NCBI GenBank assembly: GCA_963663275.1
Contig: OY760183.1
Location: 160,001 to 224,000, forward strand
Source of the DNA: Chloroflexota bacterium
Lineage (GTDB): Bacteria > Chloroflexota > UBA11872 > VXOZ01
DNA length: 64,000 nt
Direction: 5' to 3'
Below, piece by piece: positions 10,794-20,265 of the stretch. The translations under genes were made by a program, and so were the position numbers. Below the pieces are notes generated by a model. It was not told the origin of the DNA and searched no databases. It saw nothing but the letters and a program-made list of their open reading frames with translations. Numbering within the stretch: the first letter of the stretch is position 1; each line of letters starts with the position of its first letter.

Positions 10794-10918
10794 CCCCTTC
10801 CCCATCGAGGGGGAAGGTTGGGATGGGGGTGCAAAGGATTGAAAACAGGCTATTTTTAGTTGTAAATGCGGTCTGGATTCCGGCTTTCGCCGGAATGACA
10901 GAGTTATGCAAAGGTCTC
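10779..10918. mobile_element. MITE-B (140 bp; TIR GAGACCTTTGCATAAC; 5-bp TSD CCCAG)
   Basis: Perfect 16-bp TIRs with flanking CCCAG duplication; TIR resembles IS5/IS1106-type ends. Confidence 0.85.
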
Positions 10919-10925
10919 CCCAGGG

Positions 10926-11071
10926 AGAAGGGGGCATTTGAATGTCATTCCGAACGAAGCGCAGCGGAGAGAGGAATCTAGGGCGTTGCCTTGCAAGATC
11001 CTCATTCCTAGATTCCTCGCTCCGCTCGGAATGACACGTGAAGTCGGATGTAGTGTGAATACCCTTGTCAG
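10926..11071 (-). mobile_element. MITE-A diverged copy
   Basis: Inverted match to 20069-20214 including GACACGTGAAGTCGGATGTAG and a CTTGTCAG end. Confidence 0.7.
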
Positions 11072-11223
11072 CCAGCGAGAGAAGGGTCTGCCCGCTTGAC
11101 GGCGTAGGTGACTAAGACGTAGGGAATTCAATGGTAATTTTGGGCAAGATCGTATTGCGCAAGGCATAGTCGTCACATATAACACATAGTCCTCACACGC
11201 AAGGCAGAATCGTCACGCATTCC

Positions 11224-12138
11224 ATGGCTGAACTCGCGGTTACAACCCACCAATTGCGCAAGGTCTACGGCGGCGCGCCGGCCGTGGCGAGCCTGGATCT
11301 AGCCGTGCCCACCGGCGAGGTCTTCGGCTTCCTGGGCCCGAACGGCGCGGGCAAGAGCACCTGCGTCAAGATGCTGCTGGGCCTGGTCTTCCCCACCAGC
11401 GGCGGCGGCACGCTGCTGGGCGCGCCATTGGGCGAGCGCCGCGTCAAGGCCAGGATCGGTTTCTTGCCGGAGCAGTTCCGCTTCCACGAGTGGTTCACCG
11501 CCCGCGAGTTCCTGGATTTTCACGGCCAACTCTACGGCATGAACGCCCAGCGGCGCGCCCGGCGCATCGGCGACGCACTCGCGCTTGTCAATCTCGAACG
11601 CGCCGCCGGTCAGCAACTGCGCACCTTTTCCAAAGGCATGTTGCAGCGCATCGGCATCGCGCAGGCCGTGCTGCACGATCCGGAGTTGATCTTCCTGGAC
11701 GAACCCACCAGCGCCCTGGATCCCATCGGCCGCCGCCTGGTGCGGGACATCATCCGCCAGCTCAAGGCTGAAAAGAAGACGGTCTTTCTCAATTCGCACC
11801 TGCTCTCCGAGGTGGAGGCGGTGTGCGACCGGGTGGCGATCATCGAGCGAGGCGAGGTGGTGCGCGAGGGCACACTGGACGACCTGCTGGCCGCGCGCCG
11901 CCTGCTGGACGTGCGCGCCCGGGGCGTCGGCGAAGCGCTCCTGGAGCGCGTGAAAGCGCGGTGGTCGCTTGCCGAACACGAGGACGAGCGGCTGACCTTG
12001 GCGCTGTCCGACCCTGCCGAAGTGCCGGAGGTAGTGTCGCTCCTGGCCGCCGGCGGAGCCGCCGTGCACCACGTCGCGCTGCGCCACGAAAGCCTGGAAG
12101 ACCTCTTCGTGCGCACCGTAGACGACACCGGCGCATGA
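11224..12138 (+). CDS. ABC-2 type transporter ATP-binding protein
   Basis: GPNGAGKS, FSKGMLQR, LIFLDEPT and NSH motifs. Confidence 0.93.
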   Translation: MAELAVTTHQLRKVYGGAPAVASLDLAVPTGEVFGFLGPNGAGKSTCVKMLLGLVFPTSGGGTLLGAPLGERRVKARIGFLPEQFRFHEWFTAREFLDFHGQLYGMNAQRRARRIGDALALVNLERAAGQQLRTFSKGMLQRIGIAQAVLHDPELIFLDEPTSALDPIGRRLVRDIIRQLKAEKKTVFLNSHLLSEVEAVCDRVAIIERGEVVREGTLDDLLAARRLLDVRARGVGEALLERVKARWSLAEHEDERLTLALSDPAEVPEVVSLLAAGGAAVHHVALRHESLEDLFVRTVDDTGA

Positions 12139-12168
12139 TTGCAGACAATAGGATATCCCTCTCCTGGG

Positions 12169-12314
12169 GAGACAGGGGTTTGTATTCTATAATCGACTTC
12201 ACGTGTCATTCCGAACGGAGCGCAGCGGAGAGAGGAATCTAGAGATGCTGGCTTTGAAGGGCTGTGCTCTAGATTCCTCTCTCCGCTCGGAATGACACTT
12301 ACATACCCCTGTCA
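12169..12314 (+). mobile_element. MITE-A diverged copy
   Basis: GACAGGGG..CCCCTGTCA ends with the same internal palindromes. Confidence 0.7.
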
Positions 12315-12580
12315 CCCTCTCCCGTGGGAGAGGGCCGGGGTGAGGGGATTCCCATGCTGCCCATTTTCGTCATAGCCAAACTTCACGGCCCACGATAGCT
12401 CGCAGATTGAACTCCCTCTCCCGCGGGAGAGGGCCGGGGTGAGGGGAAACCGATGCTGCCCACATTCGTCACAGCCAAACTTCACGGCCCACGATAGCTC
12501 GCAGATTAAGCTCCCTCTCCCGCGGGAGAGGGCCGGGGTGAGGGGAAACCGATGCTGCCCATATTCGTCATAGCCAAGCT
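12315..12580 (+). repeat. 99-bp tandem repeat (about 2.7 units) that includes the permease start region
   Basis: ATGCTGCCCA..TTCGTCA.AGCCAA at 12354, 12453 and 12552. Confidence 0.9.
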
Positions 12581-13394
12581 CACGTTGCAGGAAGGCGCGC
12601 GCAAGAAAGCGGTGCTGGGCGGCTTGCTGCTCGCCGCCGCGTTCCTCACGCTCTACGGCCTGGGCATGTACTTCGTGATGCGCGACCTGTCGGCGCCGGA
12701 GAACTTCATCAATCCGCGGGTCTTCCGCGACGCCGTATCCGGCCAACTGCTCGCCTCGGCGCTCAACGTGGCCGGCATGTTGACCGCGCTGGTGGCGATC
12801 TTCACCTCGGCCGGCGCCATCGCCACCGAGGTTGAGCAGAACACGCTGCACGCCATCATCCCCAAGCCGCTGGCGCGCTGGCAGGTGCTGGCGGGCAAGT
12901 GCTGCGGCCTGGGCGCGATGTCCGCCGCATTCGCCGTCGGCACCACCCTGGCTTTGCTGGCGCTCACCTGGCTCTTTGCCGGATTCTTCTCGTGGTCCAG
13001 TTGGCAGTCGGCGCTGCTGCTGGGACTGCTGGGGGTGTTGCTTACCTGCGTCACCGTGTGCGCCAGCACCATGCTCTCCACGCTCACCGCGGGCGTGACC
13101 GTCATCATGCTCTACGGCCTGGCGCTGGTGGGCGGCATGGTGGAACAACTGGGCGTGCTGCTGCAGAACCAGGTGATGCAGAACATCGGCATCATCTCCA
13201 GCCTGCTGCTGCCCTCGGACGCGCTGTGGCGCATGGCCGCGCAACGGCTGGGCGTGCAGGAGTTCGCCGGACTGGCCGGCGGCCCGTTCGAGGGCTTCAG
13301 CCAACCCTCGGTGTTCATGCTCGCCTGGGTGCTCCTGTACATCGCCGCGGCCGTGCTGTTGGGCATGGGAGTCTTCGGGCGTAAAGACCTCTAG
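12552..13394 (+). CDS. ABC-2 type transporter permease
   Basis: About 6 TM helices; IATEVEQNTLHAIIPKPLARWQVLAGK motif; ends FGRKDL. Confidence 0.88.
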   Translation: MLPIFVIAKLTLQEGARKKAVLGGLLLAAAFLTLYGLGMYFVMRDLSAPENFINPRVFRDAVSGQLLASALNVAGMLTALVAIFTSAGAIATEVEQNTLHAIIPKPLARWQVLAGKCCGLGAMSAAFAVGTTLALLALTWLFAGFFSWSSWQSALLLGLLGVLLTCVTVCASTMLSTLTAGVTVIMLYGLALVGGMVEQLGVLLQNQVMQNIGIISSLLLPSDALWRMAAQRLGVQEFAGLAGGPFEGFSQPSVFMLAWVLLYIAAAVLLGMGVFGRKDL

Positions 13395-13426
13395 GCGCGC
13401 TGCCAGACGCGCGTTCCTTGTTACCC

Positions 13427-13601
13427 CAATGCTGTCGCATTTGGGAGTGGAGAGTAACGAATGTGAGCCTCTGCTCGGCTTGTCACAAGGTGTAGGGGCA
13501 CGACATGTCGTGCCCCTACACCTTGTTGCAGACAGGCCAAGCGCATTAGCAGCGCGGATTCGCCATACTTGCCTGAGTCGGAAGCTAAAGCGGCAGCATT
13601 G
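13427..13601. mobile_element. MITE-C (TIR CAATGCTGTCGCATT) carrying a GTAGGGGCACGACATGTCGTGCCCCTAC REP
   Basis: Imperfect TIRs; homologous in inverted orientation to 29488-29657. Confidence 0.75.
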
Positions 13602-13707
13602 TCCCCCTCACCCCGGCCCTCTCCCCAGGGAGAGGGAGTCACGCAGCCCGGCCCTCTCCCCGGGGAGAGGGAGTTTCTTCGCCCGGCGGCAGTGAAAATC
13701 GCGGCGC

Positions 13708-15042
13708 CTACGCCGGGGAATAGAACCGCCAACTGCCGATTTCGCCCTGGTTGCCCACGTCGTCTTCCAGCAATTCCGCGTAGTTCTCGGCGGCCTTGCG
13801 ATAAGCGGCGGCGTACTCTTCGATAATCTGCGGCCGGAACTTCTTGAACCACGGGATGCTGAACGCCCGGCCGCCGATGCTCTCGCTGGCCGGCAGGCTG
13901 CCGCGCGGCTGGCGCACGTCCCGGTTGCTATTGGCGATCACGGTCGGCTTGCCGTGGCCGTAGACGTCGGCCTCGTGGAAGAGCGGGTGCAGGTGCAGGG
14001 GATTATTGGTGCCCGGCCCGCAGCGCGCGCCCTCGGCGGAAACGGCCTGGGCAAAGCGCGAAATCGAGAGACCGCCGACTTCCTCCGGTCGATACAGGCC
14101 GCGCGCCGCGTACCAGCCGCCCATGGTGCTGCCGGAGTCTTTGGCCGGTCGATGCGCCGCGATGCCCGGCGCGCCTTCCAGCAGATCCCAGAAGTAGTTC
14201 ATGGCCTGCTGGATTTCCGCCACGTAGCCGTCGTAGTACTTCAGCGTCACTCGTCCCATGGCGGAACTCAACTGGTTCACGCGGAACTTGTAGCCGCCCA
14301 GGGGCAGTCCCGCCCAGGGCTTGAGGTACTCGGTCTCGATGTTTTCCGCGGAATACATGTCGTAGTGTCCAAAGGCGATGGCGCGGTCGTAGATTTCGCG
14401 GTCGTTGGTGGTCAGGATACCCGCCTCGCCGGTGGCGAAGGACTTGCCGCTCATGAGCGACATTGCGCCCACGTCGCCAATCGCGCCCACCGTGCGGCCC
14501 TTGTAGCGCCCGCCGTGGGCGTGGGAAACGTCCTCGATCACCTTGACGTTGTGCCTGGCGGCGATCTCCAGGATGGGGTCCATGTCGGCGGGATGGCCGC
14601 AGTAGTGCACGGGCACGATGGCCTTGGTGCGCTCGGTGATGCGGTGCTCGATGTCGTTGGGATCGATGCAGAGCGTATCCGGGTCGATGTCGGCAAAGAC
14701 GACGGTCGCGCCCAAAGACAAGGCCGGCAGGCAGGAGGCCCAATAGGTCACGCTGGGAGAGATGATTTCGTCGCCCACGCCCACGCCGCAGCCGTACATG
14801 GCGGCGCGCAGGGCCTCGGTGCCCGTGTTCGCGCCCAAGGCGTAGGTCGTGCCGACCCAATCGGCGTACTCTTTCTCGAACTGCCGGGTCACGTCCGTGC
14901 CGGACATGCCGCCCCGGCGCAGCACTTCCAGCACGGCTTCTTCGTGCTCGGGCGTGACGATGGGCCAGTTGAAGATGTCGCCGGGCGCGCTCCGCACCGA
15001 CTTGGGGCCGCCCAGCAACGCCAGCTTCGACTTGACTTGCAT
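13708..15042 (-). CDS. DegT/DnrJ/EryC1/StrS family PLP-dependent aminotransferase
   Basis: GVGVGDEII, VIEDVSHAHG and SLMSGKSFATGEAG (PLP Lys) motifs. Confidence 0.9.
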   Translation of the reverse strand: MQVKSKLALLGGPKSVRSAPGDIFNWPIVTPEHEEAVLEVLRRGGMSGTDVTRQFEKEYADWVGTTYALGANTGTEALRAAMYGCGVGVGDEIISPSVTYWASCLPALSLGATVVFADIDPDTLCIDPNDIEHRITERTKAIVPVHYCGHPADMDPILEIAARHNVKVIEDVSHAHGGRYKGRTVGAIGDVGAMSLMSGKSFATGEAGILTTNDREIYDRAIAFGHYDMYSAENIETEYLKPWAGLPLGGYKFRVNQLSSAMGRVTLKYYDGYVAEIQQAMNYFWDLLEGAPGIAAHRPAKDSGSTMGGWYAARGLYRPEEVGGLSISRFAQAVSAEGARCGPGTNNPLHLHPLFHEADVYGHGKPTVIANSNRDVRQPRGSLPASESIGGRAFSIPWFKKFRPQIIEEYAAAYRKAAENYAELLEDDVGNQGEIGSWRFYSPA

Positions 15043-15238
15043 ACCGTCGTTTCCTTTCCTCATTTCCGACAGACGGGGTGAAATTGGGATGCGCTTACAC
15101 GGTAGGATAGCACGAAACCCTGGGGGCTGGCATTCCTGGCCGCGCGCCAGCGCGCCCGGCGCGACTGCACTATACTGGCATTGGAGCCTTACGATTTTTT
15201 TCAGTCCGGCCTTGCCAGGAGCGACGCATGTCAGCGGC

Positions 15239-15470
15239 GTAGGGGCACGATATATCGTGCCCCTACGCTAACGGAGAATAACCCAGGGCGCCGCGCTAGA
15301 GTGAAGCGTGTTCGCCAGAATGCTTCTGGGTGAATTGTCGCGCCGGTGTAGGGGCACGACTAACGGAGAATAGACCCAGGGCGCCGGGTAAGAGTGAAGC
15401 GTGTTCGCCGGAGTGCCTTTGGGTGAATTGTCGCGCCGGTGTAGGGGCACGACATGTCGTGCCCCTACAC
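15239..15470 (+). repeat. Three GTAGGGGCACGA REPs separated by a duplicated ~80-bp spacer
   Basis: CTAACGGAGAATA..GAGTGAAGCGTGTTCGCC..GGGTGAATTGTCGCGCCGGT occurs twice. Confidence 0.85.
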
Positions 15471-15535
15471 CGGCGGGCAGAGCGGTCTATGCTGTTGGCG
15501 GCGCCCGCCTGCCGTCATCGAGGAGAGGCGAATCC

Positions 15536-16117
15536 ATGCCGGTCTTGAGCGACCGCACGATTTCCGCGTACATCGCGGACGGACGCCTGCGCATCGAGCC
15601 GTTCGATCCAGCGCACGTGCAGCCCTCCAGCGTGGATCTGCGTCTGGGCCGGCACTTCCGCGTCTTCGAGCACAGCCGCTACACGCACATCGACGTGCGC
15701 GCGCCGCAGCCGGACCTGACGCAGGAAATCGCGGTGGCGGAAGATGAGCCGTTCGTGCTCCATCCGGGCGAGTTTGCCCTGGGCACGACCCTGGAGCGGG
15801 TGGGCCTGCCCGACAACCTGGTGGGACGGCTGGAGGGCAAGAGTTCGCTGGGACGCCTGGGTCTGATCATCCACTCGACGGCGGGCTACGTCGACCCCGG
15901 CTTCAGCGGCACGATTACGCTGGAGCTTTCCAACGTGGCCAAACTGCCGATACCGCTCTACCCGGGCATGTTCATCGGCCAGATTTCCTTTCTCACGCTC
16001 ACGACGCCGGTAGACCGCCCCTACGGCTTCCCCGGCCTGGGCAGCCGCTACCAGGGCCAGGAGAAGCCCACTGAGAGCAAGGTGCACCTGGACTTCGACC
16101 GGCGCGCGGGTGGATGA
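15536..16117 (+). CDS. dcd: dCTP deaminase
   Basis: QPSSVDLRL, EGKSSLGRLGL, HSTAGYVDPGF, TLELSN and YQGQ motifs. Confidence 0.95.
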   Translation: MPVLSDRTISAYIADGRLRIEPFDPAHVQPSSVDLRLGRHFRVFEHSRYTHIDVRAPQPDLTQEIAVAEDEPFVLHPGEFALGTTLERVGLPDNLVGRLEGKSSLGRLGLIIHSTAGYVDPGFSGTITLELSNVAKLPIPLYPGMFIGQISFLTLTTPVDRPYGFPGLGSRYQGQEKPTESKVHLDFDRRAGG

Positions 16118-16231
16118 GGCGGCGGGTAGTGTACGGCGGCGCGCGGCGGGGCACTTGTCAGCGCGGCGTACGGTGTACTACATTAGATGCGTGTGTGTCA
16201 CGCGGCGCGTTCGGTAGCGGGGAGGCTGTAC

Positions 16232-16636
16232 ATGAAGCGAGGTCGCGGTTCGAGAGCCCACGCGCTGCTGCTGTGTCTGGCGGCGGCCGCGCTGCTGGGC
16301 GCGTGCATACCCTTCCTGGGCGATGAAAACGGCGCGGATACGCCGCCCACGCCCACGCCAACCATCATGATCATCCGGCCCAGCCCCACCGCGGTGGTGG
16401 AGCCGACGGCGCCGCCGGCTGAAGGGACAACGTACGTGGTGAAATCGGGGGACACCCTGAGCGGAATCGCGAGCCAGTTTCCCGGCGTGACGTATCTGGA
16501 CATCGCCAACGCCAACAACCTCGAGGACCCCTATCCCCTGCAAGTCGGCCAAGAACTAATCATCCCGCCGCCGCCAAGCCAGGAAGCCCCGCCAACCCCG
16601 GCGGGCACCTCCGTGGTGAACACGCCTGCGCCGTAG
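16232..16636 (+). CDS. LysM-domain lipoprotein
   Basis: Lipobox LGAC, Pro/Thr linker, YVVKSGDTLSGIA..LQVGQELIIP LysM domain. Confidence 0.88.
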   Translation: MKRGRGSRAHALLLCLAAAALLGACIPFLGDENGADTPPTPTPTIMIIRPSPTAVVEPTAPPAEGTTYVVKSGDTLSGIASQFPGVTYLDIANANNLEDPYPLQVGQELIIPPPPSQEAPPTPAGTSVVNTPAP

Positions 16637-16730
16637 GGCCGGGCAGTATTGCCGGTCTCGTTTGGCTGATAGGCGACATCTCCGCAGCGCAGACGCCTTC
16701 CCCCAAGGTGGCGCGGCATCAGTCCCACGC

Positions 16731-17248
16731 GGACAGGCCCGCGCGCTACGGTTTACCGGTAGGGGCAGGCCTCGTGCCTGCCCTAATCGCGAGACGGCAG
16801 TCATACCCACGCTCGCGCAGGTTACAAACCTGCGCTACCGGAGGGGGGCAAGCCCCAATGTTGAGCCATAGAGCGTACGAGCACTGTACTACCCGTTCGT
16901 GCTGAGCCTGTCGAAGTATGAACGGGTAGTACAGCGCGCCGCAACCGACCCGCCGTTCACCTTTCGACAGGCTCAAGGCGAACGGCGGGTTGGAGGATCA
17001 TCCTCTTTTGAAGAATTGAAGAGACAGCGGTCTGCGCTACCGGAAGGGGCGTTGCGCTACGGGAGACGACATCGCGCCGCCGGAGGCGGGGGACAAGCCC
17101 CCGCGCTACGGCTTACCGGTAGGGGCAGGCCTTGTGCCTGCCCTAGTCGCGAGACGGCAGTCATGCCCTCGCTCGCGCAGGTTGCAAACCTACGCTACCG
17201 GAGGGGGCGTCGCGCCGCCGGAGGCGGGGGACAAGCCCCCGCGCTACG
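16731..17248. repeat. Mosaic REP cluster with several palindrome families
   Basis: GGGGACAAGCCCCCGCGCTAC, GCAGGTTACAAACCTGCGCTAC, GTAGGGGCAGGCC.. and CTGAGCCTGTCGAAG units between convergent genes. Confidence 0.85.
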
Positions 17249-17299
17249 TCAAGGGGACGTGAATAGGGGCGGTCCTAAGCCGCCGGGTCCGAGGGCGGA

Positions 17300-18589
17300 T
17301 TAGAGGGGCCGCGTCGCGCCGTCGCCGTAGACGATCCACTTGTAGGTGGTCATCTCGTGCAGGGCCATGGGGCCGCGGGCGTGGAGTTTCTGGGTGCTGA
17401 TGCCCACCTCCGCGCCGAGACCGAACTGCGCGCCGTCGGTGAACTGGGTCGAAGCGTTCCAGTAGACCGCGGCCGCGTCCACCTCGCGCATGAAGCGTTG
17501 TCCGGTGGTGTAGTCCTGGGTCACGATCGCTTCCGAGTGGCCGGACGTGTAGGTATGCAGGTGTTCCATGGCGGCGTCGAAGTCGTCCACCACCTTCACC
17601 GCCATGGTCAGCGCCAGGAACTCCGTGCCCCAGTCGTCGTCCGTGGCCGGCAGCACGTGGAGCGACTCGCCCAGGATGGCCTGGGTGCGCGGGCAGCCGT
17701 GAATCTCCACCCCGGCCGCCGCCATGTCCGCAAAGACGGCCGGCAGGAAATCCGGCGCGGCGTCCGCGTGCACCAGCAGCGTATCCAGGGCGTTGCAGAT
17801 CGAATAGCGCCGTGTCTTGGCGTTCACCACGATGCGCTGGGCTTTTTCCAGGTCGGCGAGGGCGTCCACGTAGGTATGGCAGACGCCGGCCCCGGTCTCG
17901 ATCACCGGCACGGTGGCGTTTTCCACCACGAAGTTGATCAGGCCGGCGCCGCCGCGTGGAATCACCAGGTCGATCTCGCCTTTGGCCCGCAACATGCGGT
18001 GCACCAGTTCGCGGTCGGTATCCTCGATCAGTTGCACCCAGTGGGGCGGCGCGCCGGCTTCCACCCCGGCGTCGTGGATCACCCGCGCCAGGGCGATGTT
18101 GGAGTGAATCGCCTCGGAACCGCCGCGCAGCACCACGGCGTTGCCGGACTTGAAGCAGAGGCAGGCGATGTCCGCCGTCACGTTGGGCCGCGACTCGTAG
18201 ATCGCGCCCACCACGCCAAAGGGCACGCGGATGCGCCCCACCGTAATGCCGCTTTCCACCGTGCGCATCTCGCTCACCGCGCCCACCGGGTCTTCCAGCA
18301 AAGCCACCTTGCGCACGTCGCCGGCGATACCGGCCAGGACCTTTGGCGTAAGCGTCAGCCGGTCGATCGTATAGGGATCGAGCCCGTTCTGAGTGGCGGC
18401 GTTAACGTCTTTGGCGTTTTCCGCCACCAGGTACTCGGCCTCCGCTTCCAGGGCGGCGGCCACCGCCTGGAGCACGGTATTCTTGGCTTTGGTGGAAAGC
18501 TGGGCCACGGCGCGCGCGCCGACGCGCGCCTGGGGCAGCTTTTCCGTCAACACGTCAAGGGCAACACTCATCTTCGCATACTCCACCAT
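17300..18589 (-). CDS. proA: Gamma-glutamyl phosphate reductase
   Basis: IYESRPNVT, SGNAVVLRGGSEA, ICNALDTLLVH and NASTQFTDGAQFGLGAEVGISTQKLHARGP; start may be 18571. Confidence 0.96.
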   Translation of the reverse strand: MVEYAKMSVALDVLTEKLPQARVGARAVAQLSTKAKNTVLQAVAAALEAEAEYLVAENAKDVNAATQNGLDPYTIDRLTLTPKVLAGIAGDVRKVALLEDPVGAVSEMRTVESGITVGRIRVPFGVVGAIYESRPNVTADIACLCFKSGNAVVLRGGSEAIHSNIALARVIHDAGVEAGAPPHWVQLIEDTDRELVHRMLRAKGEIDLVIPRGGAGLINFVVENATVPVIETGAGVCHTYVDALADLEKAQRIVVNAKTRRYSICNALDTLLVHADAAPDFLPAVFADMAAAGVEIHGCPRTQAILGESLHVLPATDDDWGTEFLALTMAVKVVDDFDAAMEHLHTYTSGHSEAIVTQDYTTGQRFMREVDAAAVYWNASTQFTDGAQFGLGAEVGISTQKLHARGPMALHEMTTYKWIVYGDGATRPL

Positions 18590-18710
18590 GCTGGCTGGGA
18601 AACGTGGTATGCTCGTACCACGTTTGGGCAGTTTTCGCGGGCCGGCTCGCGCGGCTGCTCGAGCCTATAGTCTTAGTATAGTTTCCTGAACCGAATATCT
18701 GCAAAGCGCC

Positions 18711-19211
18711 ATGAATCGCGATCGCAAGCAGCCGCGCTCCCGCCGGCCGCCTCCCCCGCGGGGCGCCCGCAAGCGGCGCCTGCACCGGGAGGTTTCCGCC
18801 GGCGGCATCGTCTACCGCGAGGAGAACGGCGGTTTGGGCGTGCTGGTGACGCAAAGCAGCGCCCACGACGGCTGGATCTTCCCCAAAGGCCACCTGGAAC
18901 ACGGCGAAACGGCCACCGACGCCGCGCTGCGGGAAGTGAAGGAGGAAACCGGCGTGGACGCCCGCATCGTGGAGCGCGTGGGCGCGATCCGCTACGTCTT
19001 CCGCGCCCGGGGCCGGCAGGTAGCGAAAACCGCCCAGTTCTACCTGATGGAGTACGCCGGCGGCAGGACCAACGACGCCAGTCCCGAGGTGAACGCCGTG
19101 CTGTGGGTGCCGGAAGAGCGGGTGACGAGCACGCTCAGCTTCGCCAACGAGGCCGCGCTCTGGGCTAAGGCGCGAGGTCTGCTACAACAGCGGCGAGCGC
19201 GCTCCGCGTGA
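18711..19211 (+). CDS. NUDIX hydrolase
   Basis: Nudix box GHLEHGETATDAALREVKEETG. Confidence 0.9.
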   Translation: MNRDRKQPRSRRPPPPRGARKRRLHREVSAGGIVYREENGGLGVLVTQSSAHDGWIFPKGHLEHGETATDAALREVKEETGVDARIVERVGAIRYVFRARGRQVAKTAQFYLMEYAGGRTNDASPEVNAVLWVPEERVTSTLSFANEAALWAKARGLLQQRRARSA

Positions 19212-19794
19212 GCGCCCCTTCACGCAGAATGCGCGCCGGCCGCACTGTGCAGTCTATCACGGTGGAAGGCGCGCTGCCGGCCGCCGGGCCGCCGTCCAGG
19301 ATCAGGTCTACCGCCGCGCCCAATTGCTCCCACACTTCTTGCGCCGTGGTGGCGGACGGCTGGCCGCTGCGGTTGGCGCTGGTGCCGGTGATGGGCACGC
19401 CGGCCGCCGCCAGCAAGGCGCGGCTGGCCGCATGGTCCGGCTGGCGCGCGCCCAGCGTGGTATCGCCGAGCAGCGGCGAGAGTCGCGGCCGCTTGGGCAG
19501 GACGATCGTGAGCGCGCCGGGCCAGAAGGCCGCCATCAGCCGCTCCGCGTCCGGCGAAATGCTTGTGACGAGTTCAGCCAGTTGCGACCGCTCGCCAATG
19601 AGCGCCGGCATGTGCTTCTCTTCCGGCCGCCGCTTGGCCGCCGCCACCTTCTCCGGCGCCCCCGGCAGAAAGACGTTCGCCCCCAACCCGTACACCGTGT
19701 CGGTGGGATAAGCGACGATGCCGCCGCCAAGAATCACGTCCGCCGCGCGCCGGATGGCGGCGGGATCGGATGTGCTGAGAATGCGCTCTTTCAT
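19165..19794 (-). CDS. tsaC: L-threonylcarbamoyladenylate synthase (Sua5/TsaC)
   Basis: YPTDTVYGLG, KRR, FWPGALT and TSANRSG motifs. Confidence 0.92.
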   Translation of the reverse strand: MKERILSTSDPAAIRRAADVILGGGIVAYPTDTVYGLGANVFLPGAPEKVAAAKRRPEEKHMPALIGERSQLAELVTSISPDAERLMAAFWPGALTIVLPKRPRLSPLLGDTTLGARQPDHAASRALLAAAGVPITGTSANRSGQPSATTAQEVWEQLGAAVDLILDGGPAAGSAPSTVIDCTVRPARILREGALTRSALAAVVADLAP

Positions 19795-19933
19795 TGCTCT
19801 TGCGCGAGTGCTTACGCGCCCTTTCAAGCGCCGGCTAAACGCTCACTAAACGCCTTGCAAACGCCCTCGCTTCACAGCCCTCCCTAATTTGTGCCGTTGA
19901 TGGATATTCAAGATTGCCTTTGCCACACCGGTA

Positions 19934-20247
19934 GAGATCTTTGCATAACTCCGTCATACAGGTGAAAGCCCCCCCGGTGTGGGGGCGCAGAATCCAGGGA
20001 GTTCTTACAACTAAAGACAGCATGAAGTCAAGCCATTCCACCGCCATCCCAACCTTCCCTCTCGAGGGCTGACAGGGGTAGGCATTCTACATCCGACTTC
20101 ACGTGTCATTCCGAGCGGAGCGCAGCGGAGAGAGGAATCTAAGGCTTTCGCTGCAAAAACGTCGGTTCTAGATTCCTCGCTCCGCTCGGAATGACACTTG
20201 CCTACCCCTGTCAGCCCTCGAGGGGGAAGGGGCTATGCAAGGGTCTC
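19934..20247. mobile_element. MITE-B copy interrupted by a MITE-A
   Basis: GAGATCTTTGCATAAC..GCTATGCAAGGGTCTC ends; internal similarity to 55106-55245. Confidence 0.8.
20069..20214 (+). mobile_element. MITE-A (146 bp; TIR CTGACAGGGGTAGGCA)
   Basis: Perfect 16-bp TIR; near-duplication CTCTCGAGGG/CCCTCGAGGG on the flanks. Confidence 0.88.
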
Positions 20248-20265
20248 AGCAAACGCGGGCATCCC

